Shown here one piece after another: positions 29,972-37,228 of a DNA stretch of 64,000 bases. The position numbers were made by a program, and so were the translations under genes. Origin of the DNA: an uncultured Lachnospiraceae bacterium (GTDB lineage Bacteria; Bacillota; Clostridia; Lachnospirales; Lachnospiraceae); NCBI GenBank assembly GCA_902795795.1, contig CADBMM010000105.1, positions 1,382 to 65,381 on the forward strand. The letters are read 5' to 3'. The notes under the pieces were generated by a model. That model was not told the DNA's origin and did not search any database. It was given only the letters and a program-made list of their open reading frames with translations. Numbering within the stretch: position 1 is the stretch's first letter; every line of letters starts with the position of its first letter.

Positions 29972-31260
29972 ATCTGGAAAAACAATATGAAAAAATGGGT
30001 ATTTCGCCCGAGGTATACAGCTTCTGTGAAAATATATGGGAGAGTCTTAAGGCACGTTTTGACAAGATAGATGAAACAGCTGAATACAACCAGTTGAAGG
30101 TGCTACAGGGCATGAGAGACTGTCATGTGAGCGAAGCATGCCTGTATCCTTCCAGCGGATATGGATATAACGATATTGGAAGAGATACTCTTGAAGCGGT
30201 CTACGCAAGGGTCTTCGGCACCGAAGATGCTTTGGTCAGACCGTTAATAGCCTGCGGTACGCATGCTTTGTCTATAGCCTTAAGCGGAAACCTGCGTCCG
30301 GGAGACGAACTTTTATGCCCGGCAGGAAAGCCTTATGATACGCTGGAAGAAGTGATAGGGATAAGACCTTCTGTTGGCTCTCTGGCCGAATACGGCGTAA
30401 CATACCGCCAGGTAGATCTTTTGCCTGACGGAGATTTCGACTATGAGAATATAAAAAAGGCAATAAATGAAAAGACGAAGCTGGCTGCGATCCAAAGATC
30501 CAAAGGCTATCAGACAAGGCCTTCGTTTTCAGTTGAAAGTATAGGTAGGCTCATAGCTTTTATAAAGGAGATAAAGCCTGATATCATCGTAATGGTGGAC
30601 AACTGCTATGGTGAGTTCACTGAACGGACTGAGCCCTCCGAGGTCGGAGCGGATATGATAGTCGGTTCACTGATAAAGAATCCGGGCGGCGGTCTTGCTC
30701 CTATAGGCGGATATATCGCAGGAACTAAGGAATGCGTCGAAAGAGCAGCTGTAAGACTTACTACGCCCGGGCTTGGAAAAGAAGTTGGTGCTTCTATAGG
30801 CGTAAACAAGGATTTCTTTCAGGGATTCTTCCTGGCGCCTGTCGTTTCGGCAGCTGCCCTTAAAGGAGCCATATTCGCAGCCAACATTTATGAAAGGCTT
30901 GGCTTTGATGTGATACCGGACGGAACAGAAGAACGTCATGATATTATCCAGGCGGTTACATTTGGAAAACCGGAAGGCGTTATCGCATTCTGCCAGGGGA
31001 TTCAGAATGCCGCCCCTGTCGATTCCTTTGTAAGCTGTGAACCATGGGATATGCCCGGGTATGATTCTAAGGTCATAATGGCGGCAGGCGCTTTTGTCCA
31101 GGGATCGTCCATAGAGCTGAGTGCAGACGGACCTATAAAGGAACCTTACGCTGTTTATTTCCAGGGGGGAATAACGACCTGGCATGCGAAGTTCGGAATA
31201 ATGAATTCCCTGCAGAAGATAGTTGAAGCCGGTCTCGTTGCGAAGGAGTCTTTGAAATGA
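29968..31260 (+). CDS. Methionine gamma-lyase family / aluminium-resistance (YnbB-like) PLP-dependent protein
   Basis: IQRSKGY, DNCYGEF and SLIKNPGGGLAPIGGYIAG are typical of the YnbB / Met_gamma_lyase family. Confidence 0.75.
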   Translation: MNLEKQYEKMGISPEVYSFCENIWESLKARFDKIDETAEYNQLKVLQGMRDCHVSEACLYPSSGYGYNDIGRDTLEAVYARVFGTEDALVRPLIACGTHALSIALSGNLRPGDELLCPAGKPYDTLEEVIGIRPSVGSLAEYGVTYRQVDLLPDGDFDYENIKKAINEKTKLAAIQRSKGYQTRPSFSVESIGRLIAFIKEIKPDIIVMVDNCYGEFTERTEPSEVGADMIVGSLIKNPGGGLAPIGGYIAGTKECVERAAVRLTTPGLGKEVGASIGVNKDFFQGFFLAPVVSAAALKGAIFAANIYERLGFDVIPDGTEERHDIIQAVTFGKPEGVIAFCQGIQNAAPVDSFVSCEPWDMPGYDSKVIMAAGAFVQGSSIELSADGPIKEPYAVYFQGGITTWHAKFGIMNSLQKIVEAGLVAKESLK

Positions 31261-32435
31261 ATGAGATAATTATTATAGGCGGCGGTGCTTCAGGCTTTAT
31301 AGCTGCGATAATGGCGGCGCGCGAAGGATCAAAAGTCACGATTCTTGAAAAGAACGACAAACCTCTGAAAAAGCTGCTGCTGACCGGTAATGGAAAATGT
31401 AATATCTCTAATCTTCGCGGAGATGCCGACTCATTCAGATCGAATCTGCCGGACAGGGCGAGGACGCTTTATGAGAGGTTCAATATAGTAGATACCTTTG
31501 CTTTTTTCGAAAGGCTGGGCATTTACATGACAGAGAAAGAAGGACGGGCGTATCCTGCGTCCGAAAGCGCTGCAAGTGTTGCAAAACTGCTTTCATTGGA
31601 AGCAGCGTCGTTGGGAATCAAAGTTAAGACCAATCAGAATGTATTTGATATAAGAAAAGACGGCGACAGGTTTATTGTTGCAACAGAAGGATGGGATTAC
31701 AGCGCTGACAAGGTTATAATATCATGTGGCACGAATGCTTCAGTCGATAATGCCGAAAGACTGATTTCGGAAACGATCGCAATAAAATACGGAATAAAAC
31801 ACCATAAATATCTTCCGGCGCTTACAAAGCTTTACGGGGAAGGAGACTATCTCGAAAAGTGGGCCGGAGTACGAACTTTCGGAATAGTAAAGATGTTCTG
31901 TGACGGTCAATATGTTACGGAAGATTATGGTGAACTGCAGCTTGTAAATACAGGGGTTTCAGGCATACCGGTCTTCCAGATATCCAGATATGCAAATATA
32001 ATGCTTTACAGAGACCGGAAGGTCAAACTTGAGATCGATTTCTTTCCTGACTGCGATGATGAAATGTTTAAGGAGATAATAGAGAAGATCAGAACGAACG
32101 CACCCTATAAATCCGTGAAGGATTCACTGATCGGTCTGTTACCGGAAAGACTTGTAGGCGCTTTGATCAGAGAAGATTTTTCGATCGATCGTATCGTACG
32201 TACAATAAAGCATTTTGAATTCCCGCTGACTGCCGGATCTAAGATCCATGAATCTCAGGTCTGTTCGGGCGGTATAGATCTTGACGAGATCAGCGATGAT
32301 TTTGAATGTATTAAGGTTCCCGGTCTGTATTTAACGGGAGAAGCTCTTGATGTTGACGGCGCCTGCGGCGGATTCAATCTGCAATGGGCATGGTCGTCAG
32401 GGGCGGCAGCAGGAAAGGCTGCGGCAAAAATATGA
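31257..32435 (+). CDS. HI0933/BaiN-like FAD-binding flavoprotein (aminoacetone-oxidase family)
   Basis: IIIGGGASGFIAAI dinucleotide fold, TGNGKCNISN motif and C-terminal LYLTGEALDVDGACGGFNLQWAWSSG. Confidence 0.7.
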   Translation: MNEIIIIGGGASGFIAAIMAAREGSKVTILEKNDKPLKKLLLTGNGKCNISNLRGDADSFRSNLPDRARTLYERFNIVDTFAFFERLGIYMTEKEGRAYPASESAASVAKLLSLEAASLGIKVKTNQNVFDIRKDGDRFIVATEGWDYSADKVIISCGTNASVDNAERLISETIAIKYGIKHHKYLPALTKLYGEGDYLEKWAGVRTFGIVKMFCDGQYVTEDYGELQLVNTGVSGIPVFQISRYANIMLYRDRKVKLEIDFFPDCDDEMFKEIIEKIRTNAPYKSVKDSLIGLLPERLVGALIREDFSIDRIVRTIKHFEFPLTAGSKIHESQVCSGGIDLDEISDDFECIKVPGLYLTGEALDVDGACGGFNLQWAWSSGAAAGKAAAKI

Positions 32436-34078
32436 TAAAGATTTCCGGAATAAAGCTGAATATCGGTCATGACGCAGATGATCTTAAAAAAGCTGCTGCC
32501 TCTAAGCTGTCAATAAACGCTTCAGATATAACCGGCTTTAAAATACTTCGCCGTTCCATAGAAGCGAGGAAAATGGAACGGCTTTCTTATGTATATTCGA
32601 TCCTGCTTTCGCTGAAAGATGAAAAGAAGATAAAGAAGTTCCTTGGAACGGCAAGAGGAAAATCAGTTTCCGTTACGCATAAGATCGAGTTTGTTCACGA
32701 AGAAGAAAAATATGTGTTTCCATATCCTCTTAACAGAGCGGATCTTACTGACCGTCCTGTAGTAATAGGCAGCGGGCCTGCCGGCATGCTCTGTGCTTAT
32801 GAACTGGCAAAGGGCGGATATAAGCCGGTTATTATTGAACGCGGCCTTCCTGTCGATGAACGAGTGGATAAAGTAAAAGCGTTCTGGGAAGGCGGTCCGC
32901 TTGACGAAAAATGCAATGTCCAGTTTGGCGAAGGCGGTGCCGGAACGTTTTCGGATGGAAAACTGAATACAGGCGTAAACGACAAATTCCACAGACACGA
33001 TGAAGTATTTTCTCTTTTTGTAAAATGCGGTGCATCTGAGGAGATCCTGTACGATGCAAAGCCCCATGTGGGAACCGATATACTTCAGATCATGGTAAGG
33101 AATATCAGGAAAGAGATCGAGAAATTTGGCGGTGAATATGTTTTCGAGAAGTGTGTTGTGGATATTACGACTGAAGATTCACAGCTTACCGGACTTGTTC
33201 TTGACGACGGGACATTAGTTAAATGCAAAAGGGCAGTATTTGCCATCGGGCACAGTGCCAGAGATACTTTCGATATGCTTTACAGACACGGCATTTCAAT
33301 GAAGGCAAAGGCTTTCGCAGTCGGCGTCAGGGCTGAACACAGCCAGGAAATGATCAACAGGAATCAATGGGGCGACGATTATCCGAAAGAACTTGGAAGC
33401 GCGCCGTATAAACTTACATACAGGACAGCAAGCGGCAGAAATGTTTATACCTTCTGCATGTGTCCCGGAGGTTATGTTGTAAATGCATCTTCCGAAAAAG
33501 GACATATCGCGGTCAACGGTATGAGTTATTCCGGCAGGGCATCGGGCAGGGCCAATTCAGCAGTAATAGTCTCTGTCGGTCCGGATGATTTTGAAAATAT
33601 TGCCGATGTGCCTGAAGCCCTTAAAGGGGTGGCTTTTCAACGCAGACTTGAAGAAAAAGCCTATTCGGAAGGCGAAGGTGCAATTCCGATACAGTTCTTC
33701 GGAGACTTTATGAGCACCAGACCTTCCGGTCATAGCATACTTGAAGCCGGAGCATATAAAGGGAACTGCCATCCGGGAGATATCAACAATGTGCTTCCGG
33801 AGTTTATATGCTCATCAGTAAAAGAAGGAATGAAAGCATTTGATAAAAAGATCAAGGGCTTTGCTTCAGACGATGCAATTCTTTATGCTGTCGAAAGCCG
33901 CACTTCCTCGCCGGTCAGGATAGAAAGAGATGAAAGTTTCCAGAGCAATATCAAAGGGATCTTTCCCTGTGGTGAAGGCGCGGGATACGCCGGCGGTATA
34001 ACCTCAGCAGCTATAGACGGTATAAAAACGGCAGAAATGCTTGCTAAGGATATATTGATATTTACGACTGTTATATGA
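32432..34078 (+). CDS. Uncharacterised FAD-dependent protein (COG2509-like)
   Basis: The N-terminal ILRRSIEARK ferredoxin-like lead-in, VVIGSGPAGM and C-terminal GEGAGYAGGI are present. The ATG at 32432 overlaps the preceding stop (ATGA), so I prefer it to the ORF-track start at 32384. Confidence 0.65.
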   Translation: MIKISGIKLNIGHDADDLKKAAASKLSINASDITGFKILRRSIEARKMERLSYVYSILLSLKDEKKIKKFLGTARGKSVSVTHKIEFVHEEEKYVFPYPLNRADLTDRPVVIGSGPAGMLCAYELAKGGYKPVIIERGLPVDERVDKVKAFWEGGPLDEKCNVQFGEGGAGTFSDGKLNTGVNDKFHRHDEVFSLFVKCGASEEILYDAKPHVGTDILQIMVRNIRKEIEKFGGEYVFEKCVVDITTEDSQLTGLVLDDGTLVKCKRAVFAIGHSARDTFDMLYRHGISMKAKAFAVGVRAEHSQEMINRNQWGDDYPKELGSAPYKLTYRTASGRNVYTFCMCPGGYVVNASSEKGHIAVNGMSYSGRASGRANSAVIVSVGPDDFENIADVPEALKGVAFQRRLEEKAYSEGEGAIPIQFFGDFMSTRPSGHSILEAGAYKGNCHPGDINNVLPEFICSSVKEGMKAFDKKIKGFASDDAILYAVESRTSSPVRIERDESFQSNIKGIFPCGEGAGYAGGITSAAIDGIKTAEMLAKDILIFTTVI

Positions 34079-34116
34079 TATTATAAGGGCTCGGAAGAGA
34101 GTAGGAAGGCCGGTTT

Positions 34117-34800
34117 ATGACAGGATACGGTATTATGGATATGCCTGCCGGGCAAAGACCCTACGAGAAATTTGAAAGATACGGAGAATCCTCTCTTTCA
34201 GACGCTGAGCTTCTGGCTGTAATAATCAGAAACGGACAAAGGGGAAGAAATTCCCTTATGCTGGCAGAAGATGTGCTGGCCCTGTGCCCTTACAGAGAAG
34301 GACTTTGCGGACTTTATAACCTTTCGGCAGAGCAGCTTGCATCTGTTGCCGGAATAGGCAGGGTAAAGGCAATACAGCTTAAATGTATTGCCGAGCTTTC
34401 AAAGAGAATGGCTGCTGAAAAAGCAGAAAGATACCTTGATTTCAAGGATCCTTCGACAATAGCGGACTATTATATGGAACGCCTGAAATGTGAAGAGCGG
34501 GAGATGGTATACTGCATGATGCTGGATACCAGGAATGCTCTCATAAAGGATCTATGTATTTCCATAGGTACTGTAAACAGTTCGCTGCTTTCTCCAAGGG
34601 AAGTTTTTTCGGCCGCTCTTGAGTATCATGCTGTAAGTATCGTGCTCGTACATAATCATCCGAGCGGAGATCCCGCACCAAGTCCGGAAGATATAAGAGT
34701 TACGAAAAAGATGTACGATGCCGGAGAACTGATCGGCATCAGGCTGCTGGATCATATTATTCTTGGAAAGAATACTTATAAAAGTATAGTCAGATATTGA
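34117..34800 (+). CDS. radC: RadC-family JAB/MPN domain protein
   Basis: LSDAELLAVIIRNG (HhH region) and the JAMM motif HNHPSGDPAPSPED. It lies upstream of mreB, as in Bacillus. Confidence 0.85.
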   Translation: MTGYGIMDMPAGQRPYEKFERYGESSLSDAELLAVIIRNGQRGRNSLMLAEDVLALCPYREGLCGLYNLSAEQLASVAGIGRVKAIQLKCIAELSKRMAAEKAERYLDFKDPSTIADYYMERLKCEEREMVYCMMLDTRNALIKDLCISIGTVNSSLLSPREVFSAALEYHAVSIVLVHNHPSGDPAPSPEDIRVTKKMYDAGELIGIRLLDHIILGKNTYKSIVRY

Positions 34801-34815
34801 GTTCATGGTGAACGG

Positions 34816-35826
34816 ATGTTCCTGAGTGATGACTTCGGTATCGATCTGGGATACGATACCATAAAAATATACGACGCAAAAGAAGATCAGATATATTCAA
34901 TCAGTGACAGAGCTGCTATAAGAAAAAAAGGCGGTGTCATTGCTTTTGGCGATGAGGCTTATGCTCTGCAGGGTTCACTTCCTAAGAATGTGAGCATGCA
35001 GGTGCCTGTTTCAGCAGGAAAGATCAATGATGTCATGATGCTGGAACTGATGCTTTACAACACTTTGTATGGCAAACGTAAATATCTGGGGCTTAAGCCT
35101 GCGCTTTATTTCGCCGTTCCTTCCGAAATGACTGAGATAGAACGACGGGCCTACGCATCTATATCGAACAGAGGTAAATTCAAAAACTGTGAGGTTTTCC
35201 TTATTGAAAGAGCATTTGCCGATGCTGTATCACTCGAAAGGGATCCGTTTACCTCAAGAGGTATCATGACCGTAAATATCGGCGCATCAGCGGCTTCCGC
35301 TACAGTCATATCATCCGGTAAGGTAATACTCAACAGAACGTACCCTGTTGCCGGGAATATGATCAACGAAAGCATTATTTCTTCTGTACGTAAAAAAAAT
35401 GATCTTGCAATAGGATACATTACCGCAGAGGAATTGAAACGTTCTCTTGGTTCGCTCGGTGACATTAAGCCGGGCGGAGCTTCTGTTAATGGTCTGGATA
35501 CGATGAACGGACTTCCACGGGACGGTTATGTCTCGTCAAATACAGTCTGTGCGTCGATCAGGTCAGTTACGGACGAGCTTATTGAAGCACTGACTGATTT
35601 TATACACCGTATACCGCCGCAGGTCCTTGAGATCATTAAATCAGAAGGCATCTGCATAACAGGAGGTACGGCAAGGACACCAGGGACACAAAGTTATTAT
35701 GCGGAAAAACTGGGTATTCCGGTCGTTGTTTCGACAGATTATGAAAATGCTGCCGTAACCGCGATAAAGAAGCTGCTTTCCGATAAAGTCATACGAGATT
35801 ATTCATATATTCCCGCATCAAGGTGA
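34816..35826 (+). CDS. mreB: MreB-family actin-like protein with degenerate nucleotide-binding motifs
   Basis: MreB-like length and position, just 5' of mreC and mreD. GIDLGYDTIKIY replaces GIDLGTANT, VNIGASAASATV replaces DIGGGTTE, and ITGGTARTPG replaces LTGGGALL. Confidence 0.7.
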   Translation: MFLSDDFGIDLGYDTIKIYDAKEDQIYSISDRAAIRKKGGVIAFGDEAYALQGSLPKNVSMQVPVSAGKINDVMMLELMLYNTLYGKRKYLGLKPALYFAVPSEMTEIERRAYASISNRGKFKNCEVFLIERAFADAVSLERDPFTSRGIMTVNIGASAASATVISSGKVILNRTYPVAGNMINESIISSVRKKNDLAIGYITAEELKRSLGSLGDIKPGGASVNGLDTMNGLPRDGYVSSNTVCASIRSVTDELIEALTDFIHRIPPQVLEIIKSEGICITGGTARTPGTQSYYAEKLGIPVVVSTDYENAAVTAIKKLLSDKVIRDYSYIPASR

Positions 35827-35833
35827 TTTTGAT

Positions 35834-36682
35834 ATGAAGAAGAAAAAAGACAAGATATCGACCAGAAATCTTCTGGCAATACTTACGGTAATCTGCGTCA
35901 CCGTTATTGCGCTTAGCGTTACCAACGTCATCAGCGTAACTCCGCTGCGGAAAGCGGCTTCGGTGGTCATAGTTCCGTTTCAGAAAGGGATAAATTCCAT
36001 CGGCACATGGGTCACGCAGCAGGTGGCGTCATTTGGCGATGTTCAGGAACTCAGCGAAAAAGTAGAGACTCTTGAAGAAAAGGTCAGTTTACTTGAAGAA
36101 GAAAACGCCCGTCTTTCCCTTGAGCAGGAAGAACTGGAAATGTTAAGGGAACTTTATCAGACTGACAGCGATTATCAAAACTATGATAAAGTTGCTGCAA
36201 CCGTGATCTCCAAGGACCCGGGTAACTGGTATTCAACTTTTATCATCGATAAAGGCAGTGACGATGGAATCAAGGCCAATATGAATGTCCTCGGCTGTGG
36301 AGGGCTTGTCGGCATAGTTACCGAAGTAGGAAAAAACTGGGCTTCCGTGCGTTCGATAATGGACGATTCAAGTAATGTCAGCGCAATGACGACGACCAAC
36401 TTCGATACATGCATAGTTTCCGGCGACCTTACGCTCAGCGATGAAGGCCTTCTGTCCTTTGAACAGATGGATACTGATAATATCGTACTGGCCGGAGAAA
36501 GAATAGTTACGTCAAATATCAGCGATAAATATTTAAGCGGTATACTTATCGGAACTATTGCTGAAATAGATGACGACAGCAACAACCTTACAAAAACAGG
36601 TACAATCATACCGGCAGTAGACTTCAGAAAAATACAGACAGTGCTTGTTATCCTCCAGCTTAAGGAACAGCCTGAAATGTAA
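35834..36682 (+). CDS. mreC: Rod shape-determining protein MreC
   Basis: N-terminal TM helix, coiled coil (LEEKVSLLEEENARLSLEQEELEML), then beta-barrel domains with GGLVGIVTEV. Confidence 0.85.
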   Translation: MKKKKDKISTRNLLAILTVICVTVIALSVTNVISVTPLRKAASVVIVPFQKGINSIGTWVTQQVASFGDVQELSEKVETLEEKVSLLEEENARLSLEQEELEMLRELYQTDSDYQNYDKVAATVISKDPGNWYSTFIIDKGSDDGIKANMNVLGCGGLVGIVTEVGKNWASVRSIMDDSSNVSAMTTTNFDTCIVSGDLTLSDEGLLSFEQMDTDNIVLAGERIVTSNISDKYLSGILIGTIAEIDDDSNNLTKTGTIIPAVDFRKIQTVLVILQLKEQPEM

Positions 36683-36700
36683 AGGAACATAAACAAAAGC

Positions 36701-37228
36701 ATGCGCAGAAAGATCGTGTCAATAGTTTTAATATTTGCATGTTTTCTATTCCAGACTACACTCTGGAATGTTTTCTCGTTCTCGGATATAAAACCGAATT
36801 TCATGCTTATACTTATCGTCTCATTTGCGATCATGCATGGCAGCCGTACCGGAATGTGGATGGGCTTCTTTTCAGGATTGCTTATGGATCTGCTTTATGG
36901 CGATATCTTCGGCATAAACGCACTGCTGTTTTTGGTAATGGGATATCTGGTCGGGAAAATGTACCAGGTGTTTTTTGACGAGGATATACGAGTAGCGATA
37001 ATAGCTGTCGGAATCTGCGATCTTTTATATAATATAGTTTATTTCATAATTAAATTTGCCTTCGGGATCAGATACGATTTTCTTGCTTATTTTGGTCACA
37101 GAATAGTACCTGAGATCATTTATACGCTGATCCTTACAGTTATACTTTACAGGCCTTTTTATCTGATCAACAGAAAGCTCCAGGCCGATGAGCGGGAGGA
37201 ACAGGATTCGCCTTGGCTTCTAAAATAA
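36701..37228 (+). CDS. mreD: Rod shape-determining protein MreD
   Basis: 175 aa, five or six TM segments, GFFSGLLMDLLYG motif, directly after mreC. Confidence 0.8.
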   Translation: MRRKIVSIVLIFACFLFQTTLWNVFSFSDIKPNFMLILIVSFAIMHGSRTGMWMGFFSGLLMDLLYGDIFGINALLFLVMGYLVGKMYQVFFDEDIRVAIIAVGICDLLYNIVYFIIKFAFGIRYDFLAYFGHRIVPEIIYTLILTVILYRPFYLINRKLQADEREEQDSPWLLK

